A stretch of 64,000 bases of DNA from the NCBI RefSeq assembly GCF_963676685.1, contig NC_092351.1, forward strand, positions 28,396,001 to 28,460,000, read 5' to 3'. Positions within the stretch are counted from its first letter, which is position 1, and the number at the start of each line of letters is the position of its first letter. The translations under genes and the position numbers were made by a program. Source of the DNA: Mytilus edulis (Eukaryota). The notes below the pieces were generated by a model. The model was not told the origin of the DNA. It ran no database searches and saw only the letters and a list, made by a program, of their open reading frames with translations. This document shows, piece after piece, positions 12,501 to 26,390 of this stretch.

Positions 12501-12758
12501 CTGCCAATAAATAGTCAGCGATGACTGTTAAAGTCTATGATTAAATGAAATAATTGAAATACACGATATTTCATTCGAAAACTAATGAACGGTGTTAATT
12601 AAACAATAGCAGTCTGTTTACTTTACAAATGTATTTATATTGAAGATATCTATCTTGAGCTCAAACGCACTTCATATTAATACAGCTATGAAAAATAGTC
12701 AAAGAAGTTACTGCATGTTCATTCTGACTTTAACACTTGGTCACACAAATCAATTTAA

Positions 12759-13031
12759 GGTGGTACCTAACACTACCGGGAGATAACTCTGTAAAGTCAT
12801 CTTAACGTTTTAATTACGTTGTGTTATAAAGGGAATATTAAGCTTCTCAATGATCAAAATTGGTGTTGTCAAACTGCTACATAACCAGTGTAATTTTTCT
12901 AACAAAACGGTCGGTTTAAAATTTTTGAATTTTTTTATATTTTTGTTAAAGGGTCAAAGTAAATACTTTGACAAAATTTTATGACAATTTAACGAGCCAA
13001 AATAATTTTAGTAAAAGTGTTGGGTACCACC
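12759..13031. mobile_element. Kolobok-like MITE
   Basis: TIR GGTGGTACCTAACAC / GTGTTGGGTACCACC, TTAA TSD, GG..CC termini. Confidence 0.85.
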
Positions 13032-15522
13032 TTAAAAGTGTACGACGGTCGATGCATTAATGTCAGCAGATTCTTATTACGTGAATGCATCCAATCTCAA
13101 TATTTTTTGGAGCTAATGATGTTTCAACTTTTTAACACCAAATTTGGATCACCTGTACTAACTCTATGTTTATAAGTACATACGATTTCATCATTAATAA
13201 GTATGGAACATGTGTTCAATTTTTCGAAAGTCACTTAAATCATTTAGGTATACAACCAATTACTACCTCAAAACTTATGACTTAATTGTCAACAGTCTAA
13301 AAACTAAAAAAAAACACTATTAAAGCTACGAGCGAAATAACCACAAATTATGACAAACGTTGAACGAGGAATATATATACAAATCATGAAAAACACTGTA
13401 ATTTGTGTCTTTGTTTTACAAATGATATGATTTAGACAAATTAAGTTGAATACTATAAAGTGAAACATTCAAAACCGAAAATATTGTGTGATTAAAAAAT
13501 CATTTAAGAGTCTTTTTTATTTCCTAATTTGTCTAAATCTAAAAATAAATTCTTATTATAAAAATTCTGTTCATGTGAGTCATTTACGATTTGCATTCAG
13601 ATATAGAAGAAAGTATTTGACGTTGAAGGGAAATTTCGTACATTATATGAATCAACCACCTGTTTTGATTCCTTTGATACATAATTGATATTAAATGCTT
13701 AATGAAATAAGAATAAAACACGACTGAAAGATGTATCTTGAAAACGAAAATAAAGCTATTTCATTTGTTGTTGAAATAATCGTTTTGAATTTTATGATCC
13801 ACTACGATTAGATATTAGAAAATAAAAAAATAAATGATAAACCGGACCAAAATCTTTATCATGAAGTAAGGTATACAATTATATCAAAGTTCATAATTTG
13901 TAGAGGATGGCTATAGTTTCGTTCCATTTAGATATACAAGTATCATCATGCATTTTGTATTTCCTAAATAAATTATACTAGTGATAGCTTGTTCTAACAT
14001 AAGAGTTAAATCTTAGTTATCAGTTTTAAAATGATTCTCTACTTTTACTGAAATATAGGGCACCGTTCTGAAGGCTAAAGCTACTTAGGGGATAACACTG
14101 TTAAGTTGCCCCTTAAAGTCGAGGATTTGACAGTCACAAATGGAGCCCATCACAAGGAGCGGACCCTAAATGGATATTTACGACCATCACATCCCAAGTA
14201 AACGATGAAAACCTCTTAATGTCAGTAATATTAATTTTCATAGTCAAACATTTGACTTCATGTGAAGTTATTTCGATCGTCAATCGAAGAACTCAGAACT
14301 TCATTCGATGAACAGTTGCATTACATATCTATTGCATTAAAAATGGGAATCCAATGTCTAATGCTATAGCCAAAATAAGCATATCATAATTCGACTAAAT
14401 TCAAAACGGTTTATACTCAAACTCTTAACGCTTGGGAATTTTAATAATTAATAATTTCTCGATAAACAAAAATGGAGAGTTTCACTTTTGAATATTTTGT
14501 GATATGTGAAGCTCTCCATTTTTGACCCGGGAAAATCAATTACGTTGTGAGAATATGGTGCTTAGCTAAAAAATGTTAGATTGGACACTCACAGTCTTAA
14601 AAAAAATAGTTCAGCCTACACACAAGAAAATAAAATAAACATTGAAATAAATACAGAAATAAAATCTACAGACCTGTAAGAATGGCGTTACCTTTTTCAA
14701 ATCGTATCAAAACCACAGAAACATAGTAGTTTGTGATATACTTTGTGTTCTTCTTGAATGAAATATACACCTTATAGTAAAACTGCTTCAATAAGTAAAA
14801 GTCTTTTTTACTTTAGTCTAATCGACTGTAAAAAATTACAAAGGCCTAAAACTTTATCATTTACATCAACCTCCAATGTAATTGATCTTTTTGTGATAAA
14901 TGAAATATATTTCTAAATGATAGTTTGGTGTTTATTTAGAAAGATAGTTGAACAAGTGCTTATAATTTCAATTGAAGTAATTGAAGATTAAATTGCAATG
15001 CAAAAAAAATTAAGTATTAAGATTGGGAACGTTTACATTGTGATTATTACGTATTATTTAACACAAAATTATGCTGTAATTGATCCAGTGACTAATAATT
15101 GCATAACTGTGGTAATTTCCTTAAAATTTGAACTCGTGCTATTAAGTATTCCTTTAAATCTAAACACAACGAGGCTATTCAATCAGCCGTTTCAATTATA
15201 AACAATCAATAATGCATTCATATTATTCCATTATTGTGATACTTTGAAGGATGAGTTGTGATGTTATGTTTTAGAGTTCATTCACATCAACTAAAAGATA
15301 CATTTGAGAAAGAATTATAACATGATTTACGAGGACATTATAATGATGATAAATCATGATAGACCAGATACGTTCATATTTTTTTACATAAACATTTCTA
15401 GGAAAAAATGTTTATGTAAAAAATATGAGAAAATAATCAATAATAGTTACTTTCTGTCTGAGGTCAGTGGAATTGTAAACATCTTACATATAATTTGAAA
15501 TAAAATTTGTAAATCAATTCAT

Positions 15523-16010
15523 AATTAGGTCTTTCCACTTTTCTGTGGAAAGACCTATTGTTTTTCTTCTTATTTTATTTTCTTCTTCTGCCTAATTTTG
15601 TTCTAGCGATAAATATTTGTTTCGCAATATGTCGCTTAGATATTTGGTATATGATATCAAACAGTTTATGCGCCTTTGAGATTTACCCTGCGTAACCGAA
15701 TACTTTTCTTTGTAGGAGTTATCTTCCCAAACACTGTTTTCCTTGTGTCCACTACTTCTTCGGAATAGTAAAATATTACGACAAATTTATTTTATAAAAT
15801 TGCTCGTTATATCTTTCGCATGATTTGTTGTTTTTTGACCGAAGAGATATGAACACTCCATATGAGAGTTATTTCCCCTTATGCATTTGATATAATTGAG
15901 ATGCATTTCTATCTTGTAAACCATAAGTGAAAGAGACCTAGGATCTTTTGATTTGAGGTCCTTGATCCCAAAAAATGATAAATTAGGTCAAGGTCAAAGG
16001 TCAAGTTATA
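15523..16010 (+). mobile_element. Helentron/HINE-like element fragment
   Basis: 5' hairpin TAGGTCTTTCCAC / GTGGAAAGACCTA (15526-15557), followed by a (CTT/ATT)n low-complexity tract and AGGTCA repeats. Confidence 0.55.
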
Positions 16011-16642
16011 AATTTGGCTTTTGCTTATATTTGCATTTTCTCAAACACTTTGGAAGGTATATATAAAAGAACATCTTGCCTCGTGCTTCATGAGTAAGAA
16101 GAGGCAGACCTAATTTTGATTGAAACTTTTTAACACCAGGACCAATTTTCATGAAATCTTTCAATCTGAAAATTTCCCAGCCCGAGATGTTAACACAAGT
16201 GTTCGTAAACGATGTTTTTTGTATATTTCTAAACAGGTCATTGAATTTAAAATCAACAATTGTTAGAGATTTTGAGTATACATCCAGCAAGTACATCATC
16301 CCGTGTTAAGAGAGCCAAATATCTTGCACGTTAAAGACACCCTTGTAGATTTCGAAAAAAGAGCGTTTCCCTCAGTTTTAGTTTGTTACCCCAAATTTGT
16401 TTTTTGTCCATAGATTTATGAGTTTTGAACAGCGGTATACTACTGTTGCCTTTATTTAATGCCGCTACAAGGCCGCACTCACACCCGCAAAGTAGAAAGG
16501 GATTAATATAAGTTGAAAAACTTGTTTCCCAATCCACTATAAATAAATATGTTTAAACTATAAGTACATCATCAGGAATTCGTTAACCAATATCACAATT
16601 ATGCAAGAACTAAAGCTATGCATTTTCCTTCGAAAACTAATC

Positions 16643-16995
16643 AAAAAGTAAGATCACAAAAATACTGAACTTAGAGGAAAATCAATTCGGAAAGTCCATA
16701 ATCACATGGCAAAATCAAATAACAAAACGCATCAAAAACGAATGGACAAGAACTGTCATATTCCTGACTTGGTACAGGCATTTTCAAATGTAGAAAATGG
16801 TGGATTAAACCTGGTTTTATAGCGCTAACCTTCTCATTTTGATGACAGTCTCGTCAAATTCCGTTATAACTTAACAGACACAATAAATAAAATAGTCAAT
16901 ATATGGGTACCTCAGTCATCATCGTATAACTATTTTAAAAGGGACAATTTAACAGAACACATTCATTGATTTGTGTGTCTGACGTCAGAAAATTG
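16643..16995 (-). repeat. Same dispersed family as 5533-5895
   Basis: High identity to the 5533 copy. Confidence 0.85.
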
Positions 16996-18160
16996 TTTCA
17001 TATTCATAATGGTAAATTATGTTCTTTGGTGCCAATTTGATAAACAATAACATATATCATTTTGCAATTTTCTTTCAAACGCATTATGTAGCGCATTTTA
17101 AAATTTTGATATAATAACGGAATCATGAGTTGTTTAACAATACTCGAAGAATATGACAGACTCTTTACATTCAATTCAAGTAAAGAACATACCGGTTGGT
17201 TATTTTGAAACAGAACAAGATGAAAAATCTCACTGTATATAAATTCGAATAAAAAAGGTGTAACATCACCGTACCATTAAACAACAAAAATACAAAAGAC
17301 CATTTAAAAGTAAAAATCTTGTATACTTGACAAGTGATAATCAACGTCGTTAGGTGTATCTTTACTCGTTATGGTTACTGTGTAATATACAATATACTTA
17401 ATTAAATATTTTTTCTTGTCTTTTAATATTATGTAAAATTGAAATAACTTAGTGCACAGACTATGGTACGGCGTTTGTAAAAACAGTATTTTTTTAATGA
17501 AAGTTTACCTTAGCTTACCATCATTCGATCTTTGGTTTAATGATGAAAAAGATTCTAATTTATTCAGTGTAACCAAATATAATTAAACATGACAGTTGGA
17601 TTTCATATTGATAGAAACCTCATCATCACTTTTCTGCATTAAGAAATTACATTGATGTAACTCTTTTCGTATATATATCTGCAAGGAAGAACAGTTTCTG
17701 ATTTCTTCATACTTGTACTACTAGAAAACAAATTTCATTTTATATGTTAATTATATTTCAGATGTATGATGTTTCAATAACAAAAAGAAATAAATCGTTT
17801 TATATTTTCACATGCCCCTAATGCACTCAAAAATAAATGTCTAAATATATAATGAAAATGTTATTATACATTATAACAAAAAAGTCCCCTGAGAATTTGA
17901 AACCACAAGTTCGATATTTTTTTTTCATTAATTAGTTATGCTTGTATAAAGCATAACAAAAGTATTAAAGAAATCGTTTAATATGATTTGATTTTAAAAA
18001 TCTGTGGCGTTTTTATCCAGGTATAATGCTTTACTCTTGATGGTATAGCCAGTATGCTCGAGGTAGGTATCTTAGTTGAAAACCACAATAGTTTACTATA
18101 TAATCATACCTTAAACTTACATGTCATTATTTGAAATCTTTTTAACTTTTTTTTAGATTC

Positions 18161-18206
18161 GAGCGTCACTGATGAGTCTTTTGTAGACGAAACGCGCGTC
18201 GGGCGT
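18161..18206 (+). ncRNA. Hammerhead ribozyme, second retrozyme family
   Basis: GCGTCA-CTGATGA-GTCT-tttgt-AGAC-GAA-ACGCGCGT-C-GGGCGT; core intact, one mismatch at the base of stem I. Confidence 0.8.
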
Positions 18207-18447
18207 TAATACAAAATTTAGTTATCTATGATGAGTTTATTATATAAATGTTAGAAAGAGGTGAGGGTAGTCTACCTATATCCAAATTCAATACATGAAT
18301 TGAAATATTTTTATTATGGTTAAAAAGAAAAATACCAAATACAATTACTTGAAATGTTTATCAAAATTAACTTCAGATCATTTTGTTAACTTGATTTTAT
18401 AATTTAAGCGAAAAAAAAAAATACATAAAAAAGAGTATGTATGAAAT

Positions 18448-18493
18448 GAGCGTCACTGATGAGTCTTATGTAGACGAAACGCACGTCTGGCGT
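18448..18493 (+). ncRNA. Hammerhead ribozyme, second retrozyme family
   Basis: GCGTCA-CTGATGA-GTCT-tatgt-AGAC-GAA-ACGCACGT-C-TGGCGT; core intact. Confidence 0.82.
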
Positions 18494-21132
18494 ACTAATT
18501 ATAATCCTGGTACCTTTGATAACTATAGGATTTTTTTGGCAAAAATCACATGAAATACGTATAATCTGCATTTAAAGTCACATATCATAGTTTAATGAAC
18601 ATGTTTTGATAGTTGATTTGAAAAATATAATAAGAAATAATATCATGAGAAGCAAATGAGAAAGGGAAGATCAGGCCATTTTTTAGACCCCCTTTTTCGA
18701 AAACCAAAAAGTATTATACATCATTCATATAACATCCATCAGATGTTTACAAGACGACTGGTAGATATCAATACTCATATTTTCAATTCTGTCTGAAATA
18801 TTTTCTTTCTCTAACATAACTGGGATAATCTAATCATTTTATAATTTTCAGTGAACAAATTATTTCATGATCGTAGACCCTGTTTTTAAGATAAATATCA
18901 TAGGCTTGGTTGGCGTAGTCAACTTATGGCTTAACCATCTCTTTACTTTTGATGTAAATAGCATGTATGCTGGTTAAGGATAACCGAAACATCATTTGAC
19001 TCAAATGACTTTACCAATGTAAATCAAATGACTAAGCACTTTTGAACAATTTTTATCAACAGACCCCCTTGTCTATCGAAGTAAATGAAACATCTATACA
19101 CATTTTCTATAAACGGTAAGTATGTCCGATTGTGAATAATTTTATACTTTCAAATCGTTATGCGTTTTCCTACAGATGTATTAATCAAGAATTGGTTCTA
19201 TATTGGATAAAGTATACATTACCACACAAGAAAGATGTCATATGTGATATTAAAATGACATGTTAGGGAAGAAAAAAATGTAAAGTAATGAGACTTTTAA
19301 TTTTAGATTCGCAAATATCAAATAAGATTTACAATATCAGCCTTTTCATTTCATTTGATCTTTTAGGGCCCATTTATCGGACATGAAAATAAAATTTCTA
19401 ATACGTCTACATATTAGTTCACACATATGAGTTATATTTAAATCGGTTTTAATCGTGGTTTGCGTCAAAGTCTGTTCAGCGCCAAAGTGGGTGAAATTGT
19501 CAAAAGAAGTCATTGTAAAGAAGACTTTTACTTATTTATGTTCGATCGTATTTATAAATATCAACAGACTCAATATAACTCCTAAATGGTAAACAGTTTT
19601 AATTTCCCATTTATTCCGCCACTATGAAATATGTTGAAAAACATGTACATATATGTAAGCATCTTTATCATAAATATCATTTTTTGTATACGTACCTGTA
19701 TTTCTTTTCTTTTTATTTGCCAATTTTATATAAATAAAGTTTTAGATTTAATTCAAGGAAGGACACCATATGTTTGTATCCGTTTAACAAAACATTTATA
19801 GGCTTATCTGATTCGTACGGATAACGTGTTTCTACAGAAAAATTTCTATTTTGTATTCGATATACATCATTTGGAAAGCAGGAACAATACATATTTTTTG
19901 TCTTTTTTGAATGTTTAACGATGATTATAAATAAAGGCAACAGTAGTATACCGCTGTTCAAAACTCATAAATCCATGGACAAAAAACAAAATCGGGGTAA
20001 CAAACCAAAACCGAGCGAAACGCATTAAATATATGGATATAATTGCTTCTATCCATTTGAAACTCTATTGGACAGTTCTCCTTATTGTATAGCATTTTTT
20101 TTTGTATTTTGAATCATTTGATTATTTGTAGACCTTTTTTTTTGTCTTTGTCTGAAAACTGTTTCTGCTAATCTTTATGACATCGTAATATGTTTAAAAC
20201 AAGTACTCGTTGTACCAGTCCATATGCGATACATATAGAAATTATAATGACTACATATAAAGTTTTTTTTAAAGAACTGAATGAATCTAATATAATCTTA
20301 ATAAAAACACTTTTTATTTGTTTAATGATTTCAAATATATCTCTTAATTGCTTTCTGCTTTGATATCTATCAGGTCAAACTACTGTTGCATTTATTTATA
20401 ATTTGATATAATAAGATTGGTGCTCCGTACAAATGTAATGTCAGGAGAAAAGATTAACCTCATTAGCAACCATTCAACATCTCTTTGATTTATGTAAAGT
20501 TTCAGTTAACATGTTTACTTATAAGACCTTTCTTATTTAGGCTAATTTTTTAAATTTTTTCAATGTATGAAAAGGATAGAAAAATTAACTTATTTCTGTA
20601 AGTACAAACAATCTCCATAAAGAATATAGTTCTGCAGTTTATCTTTCAATCCTATTTAATTCAAGGTATATGGATATTCATACTCATATGTCCCAAATGA
20701 ACTGATAATGCCATGGCTAAAAAAAAGATAAACAGACATACATAAAACAACATAGAAAACTAACGACTAAGCAACACAAACCCCATCAAAATCTCGAGGT
20801 TATCTCAAGTGCTACGGAAGGGTAAGCAGGAACTGCTCCACATGTGACACCCGTCGTGTTGCTCATGTTAATACAAATCCGGTAACAAGCCTTATTCGGT
20901 AGTATCCTCGTGAAAAGGGGACGGGATTGTAGTTACGACTTTAGGAACATATCCGCTATCATTTGTAAAACAGATACTACATAACGGTCAATCGTGTACC
21001 AAAAAAAAAAATCCACTTCTGCCCTTAAAATAAACTAAATCTGTTAATTTCATATAAGCATTTATGTAATGATGTTATATTTTAATTATAAATGACATTT
21101 ACAATGAAAAGCATCTTCTTAGTACACATTTC

Positions 21133-21705
21133 AAAGGAGTAGGTCCGGTAAGGGCAGATTTTGACCTCAATTTTCAAGTTCATCTGACGAAATATTTTAG
21201 ACACTTTTTAAACACTTAAGTGTCTATTTCAATTGATTTAATTAGTTTTTGTGAAAGATTTTCACTGATTAAGTCATTTAAAACGCTCCGATTCAAGCTT
21301 AAATATGACAAATCTATCAAATTTGCCAAAAATCGTCACTTTTCAGACGGTTTTTGTCAAAAATGAAAATGGCCGCATCCGTGTTCATCCTCAACCTTTA
21401 TATATATTATGTATTATCGTCAAATACAACTTGCATTTCAATATTATGAATGAACGCGAATGCGGCCACTTTCATTTTAGACAGAAACCGTCTAAAACTT
21501 AACTAAAATGCTATTTTTGTAAAGATTTCAGTAATTTGTGATTTCAATAACCCGATATATGTGCATTGTATTGTCAAAAACAGGCCATATTTATGAAGCA
21601 GAATCATTCTACTTTCCAATATAAGCTTCATGATTACATTATCACAATTTTGTAAAATTGCTATATTTTGGGGCCAAAAAGGGGTCTTACTGAACCTACT
21701 CCTTT
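21133..21705 (+). mobile_element. ~575-bp MITE (AAAGGAGTAGG family)
   Basis: TIR AAAGGAGTAGGTCCGGTAAG / CTTACTGAACCTACTCCTTT; internal inverted repeat AAAATGAAA.TGGCCGCAT; four copies in the window. Confidence 0.9.
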
Positions 21706-24700
21706 GTCTGAAATATATAAATATATATAAATGAATATGTATCTATTATGAAAGGTTGAATTGAATAAATATGCCAAGGTGCTAATATGAAAAGAAAATG
21801 AATAAGCGTACAATTAAAATTGTTTCTAGTGCAAACTTATTGAAGTCTAATAATATCTCTTTAATACTGTCATTTTTTAACAATACTAAATAAATGCTCT
21901 AATTGTAATATCATATGTTTGAATACAGTCTGTTACTGGCAGAAACAGATATTAGAAGTCTAGACAGCAGCTTTTAAATGAAAGCAACTAGTATGAATAA
22001 AAAGTGGAACAAATGAAATTGCTGCTCAGGACTTGCCAGTATGTGATATTTATGTAACTATTGCATTATCGTGTCAAAGACTAAGGTAATTTCAAGATGA
22101 GTGCAACACAGGTAAACCCTTGATAAATGACTTTTATTTTGTATAGCACTTCAGATTTGAATTGATAGAGATTATTATAAACTAATTGATTGAGATAATA
22201 ATGATGAAAAGAAAACCAGTCTGACATTATTAACAATAGAAACATAGATTTAAAAGAACAAAGGACAGATCGTGTCCATACTTTCACGAAATTGTTTTAC
22301 GAGCTATTTTAACTTCGATACAAAATGCGTTCTATGGAAATTTAAACTACATATAACATAAACAATTGGTAATTAATTATGAATCGCCATTCCAACAAAA
22401 AACCTATTATTTGTCTGTTTGTCTTTTTTTCGTTTTCATCTATGGCGTTGTCAGTTGATTTTCGATCTATGAGTTTGAATGTCCTTCTGGTATCTTTCGA
22501 CCCATCTTTGGTAAATTTTGTTTTTCTATCTTGAAACTTTTCAACTGTTATTTCATTCCATGAACACTGTTTTCATATAAACGTATGGACTACTAGAAAA
22601 AGTGAAATCATAAATGCATTAGTTCCAAAACTAATTATGAACTATAATGTATAATATCATGTCCCATAAAAACTTATTTGTAGATTGTAGTCATGCATTT
22701 CTCTTGATTGAACATTGGCAAATTGTGTTTACATTTATATTAAATCATTGTCATAGTACATATATTATCAGCCCTTAAAGACTCTTGTAAGTGTCATCTA
22801 TTTCAAAAATGTATGATATTGCTTTATTTATATCAAATCGTGGTGTCCTTACTTAATATTATTCATTGGTGCAAAACGTCTATTACCCCTATTTCCTGAA
22901 CTTAATATTCAGATAAATAGTCATAGACGCAATTAAAAACATTATATATACAAAATCTTTAAAAACTTATTAATATTAACATATGACGCTGATTTCGGAA
23001 CAGATGAGTTGACCCAAGTTAATGTTTAGGGAAGTTTTTTAACGGGTCATGTAAGTCAATATGTTTAATTCGTCAATTGAAAGTATTCTCATATGTTTAG
23101 AAAATTATTGTATGACAGCAATTTATGTGTGGTGTGAATCAATTAAATGATCTCCTTTGATGAACGTACATTTGTAGTATTGCACACTTTATATTTCTTA
23201 CACAAACAATTAAAAAGACGTTGAATTTAGACCCATATCAATATAAACAGAAGCATATATTGATATAAACATGGATGTTCATTCACAATCAAAACAAACT
23301 GTTATGTTTTTTTTTTCAATTTGTTTATAGTACTTACTTATATTCTCAATAAAATCGTTAGAAAAATATTATTGAATTAAATTAATTAAGAAAATAAAAG
23401 CAGTATTTAAATCAGATCTTTTTAATATATAAATTAAATGATTAATTATCAGTAAACCCCATAATCTTGAAAACATTAAAATGTCACTTTAACATCATTC
23501 ATTTGTTAAAGAAATTTGTTTATTCTTTCTCTGTCCGACTTGACTGAATACGTGATCATACGTTGCTAATTGATGCATGTTTCTTCCTCTTATATTCCGT
23601 AGAAAGAACTATTACCATTTTGTTACATTGATAATACGAAGTAAATAGTTTTGTTGTATCTAAATATCGTTTAGATGTATTAAATATGTTTCAGTTACAT
23701 CATAAAATAATATAAAAACTAAGTCTATCTTGATGTACAATCGTTTAATTTAATATCAAAATAAAATGTGTGTAATAAAATTGGCGAATTCTATCATTTT
23801 TTTTAATCATAAATATGCATTTACCTTTAAAAAAATGTAGTTTTGTTATGTTAACTCCATTTAATTTTCTATCATCGTCTCAATCATTATTTTTCCTCTT
23901 CAGTATTATGATGCGTTAAAAGTGATTTATCATGCTTTCAATTTATATCAGCCCTTTGAAGTGTTTATAAAGTTTGGGATTTTCAAATATTTTACCTCGT
24001 GCATGACTGAATATATTTCAATTGTCGAAAGATGCATCTGGTACCTTTTATTGCTTGTACACTCCACCATGTAGAGTAGTCGAATATCCAAATATCTTGT
24101 GCAAATATAAAAGAATGATTAAAGGGTTGAAATTCAAATTTGGCCAAAAATTGGCCTTTAAAATATACAGATCAATAGATAAAAACCTTCAGGAATAGCA
24201 TGAGCTCAAAAAGGACCATACCATCGTTAGGGTAGTGTCTCGTGTTACGCACGAAGCCATACTAAACTCCGAATTATACACAAGAAACTAAAATTGAAAA
24301 TTGTTTTGTCTTTTTCTTATTTAGCCATGGCGTTGTTATTTTATTTTCGTCTATGAGTTTGAATGTCCCTCTGGTATCATTCTTTCCTCTTTTTTAAATG
24401 TGTACTGTTTGTTAACATGTATTTTCCTTTTTTATAATTTATATTCTCATTTTGTTATCTTCAAACTTTTTATTCTCTAGTAAATAGAATTTACAAATTA
24501 GTGGGTAAGGCAAAAATTTAGAAATTAGATTCATTTGGCATTCATTAAATTTGTGTACAGTTTTCATTTTCTTACTTCTAACAGAAATGTATCAAATCAA
24601 TGTCATTAGATACTTCAGGATTGTTTTTTAAAAGGCTTTTTAAATCAAGGCTAACTGTCAGCTTATCGTGCAGTTTCTTTTCAGTATAACAGAAAACTGC

Positions 24701-25124
24701 TGATTTAAACATTTTCTCTATAATAGACAGTAATAAAAGGTTATTTAATAATCATGCATCTGTTATCAATAATATCTCTAACTATTTAGATATAAGAAGA
24801 TGTGGTATTTGGGTAATGACAACTCTCCCTCTAAGTCACAATTTGTAAAAGTTAACCATTATAGGTCAAAGCGCGGTCTTCAACACGGAGCCTTGGCTCA
24901 CAACGAACAGTAAGCTACAAGGACCCCGAAAATGACTAGTGTAAAATCATTCTAACAAGAAAAACAACGGTCTTATCTGTATAAAAAATTAAACGAAAAA
25001 CACTGACTTAGTACAGGTTCAAACAAAAGCAGCGGGTGTTAACGTTTTGATACATATCAACCTTCACCATTACCTGAAATAATAGTGTAACATAACAATT
25101 AAAAGATTATAATTGTCATTTTAT

Positions 25125-25547
25125 TTATTTTCTTTTGTTACCTCTTCTGACATCAGACTCGTATTTCTCTTGAACTGAATTTTACTGTGCGTATTGTTAT
25201 GCGTTTACTTTTCTACATTGGATAGAGGTATAGGGGGAGGGTTGAGATCTCCAAAACATGTTTAAACCCGCCGCATTTTTGCGCCTGTCCCAAGTCAGGA
25301 GCCTCTGGCCTTTGTTAGTCTTGTATAATTTTTAATTTTAGTTTCTTGTGTAGAATTTGGAGTTAAGTAGGACGTCCATTATCACTGAACTAGTATATGT
25401 TTTTGTTTAGGGGCCAGCTGAAGGACGCACCCGGTGGCGGGAGTTTCTCGCTTCATTGAAGACCTATTGGTGACCTTCTGCTGTTGTCTATTCTATGGTC
25501 CGGCTGTTTGTCTCCTTGATACATCCCCCATTTCCATTCTCAATTTT
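25125..25547. repeat. Dispersed repeat (AAAATTGAGAATGGAAATGGGG family)
   Basis: Copies at ~33296-33552 and 37910-38003. Confidence 0.8.
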
Positions 25548-26053
25548 AAATAATAGAACAAAAGAAACATCTTAGAAAACTAAAGACAAAACCAACACGA
25601 ACCCCATCAAAACTTCGAGTGAAATTCGGCAACTTGCATACGAAAAAACCTGCGATTGAACTGAAATTAAAAAAAAAAGAAATAATTATATCTTTTCTAG
25701 AATCTCCCGTAGTTGCAAATGTAATGTCGCAGGAGGAGGGAAATAGAGGAATTATGATTTTAATAGATAATACAATTAATCATCTGGTTGCTAACACAAT
25801 TCTATATTAATTAAATTGTAATTGTGTTTTATGCATTAAATGCCGTAATTACAAACCTGATTTTGAACTACATCAAACTTTTCGAAAATTATCATGACGT
25901 CACTTTTCACTGTGATGTCATTTTGTAGCGTAGCATTATTAGGTGACGATGCAAGGTTATTTTGTACTGTTTTATGTGCTTTCGTGTATTGTCTTACGTG
26001 TTTTATTTTATTCGGTGTTGACATGAACATCAATTATATATGGTAATTCTTCT

Positions 26054-26390
26054 AAAGGAGTAGGTCCGGTAAGGGCCGATTTTGGCCTCACATTTCAGGT
26101 TCGTCAAACGAAAGATTTTGAACACTTTTTAAACACTTAAGTGTCTATTTCAGTTGATTCAATTAGTTTTTGTGAAAGAATTTAACTGATTTAGTCATTA
26201 AAACGCTGCGATTCAAGCTTAAATATGAAAAATCCATCAAACAGGCCAAAAAATGTCACTTTTCAGATGGTTTTTGTCAAAAATGAAAGTGGCCGCATCC
26301 GTATATATGTTATATATTATTATCAAATACAACTTACATTTCAATTTTAAGAATGAACACGAATGCGGCCACTTTCATTTAAGACGGAAT
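26054..26390 (+). mobile_element. Truncated AAAGGAGTAGG-family MITE
   Basis: Left TIR and about 60% of the body match the 21133 copy; right end missing. Confidence 0.85.

Noticed and set aside
14058-14200. GC-richer exon-like stretch (SYLGDNTVKLPLKVEDL...)
   Set aside because: In-frame stop, no partner exon and no recognisable motif.
21305-21502. ORF similar to the one at 35178-35384
   Set aside because: Similarity comes from two copies of the same non-coding MITE.
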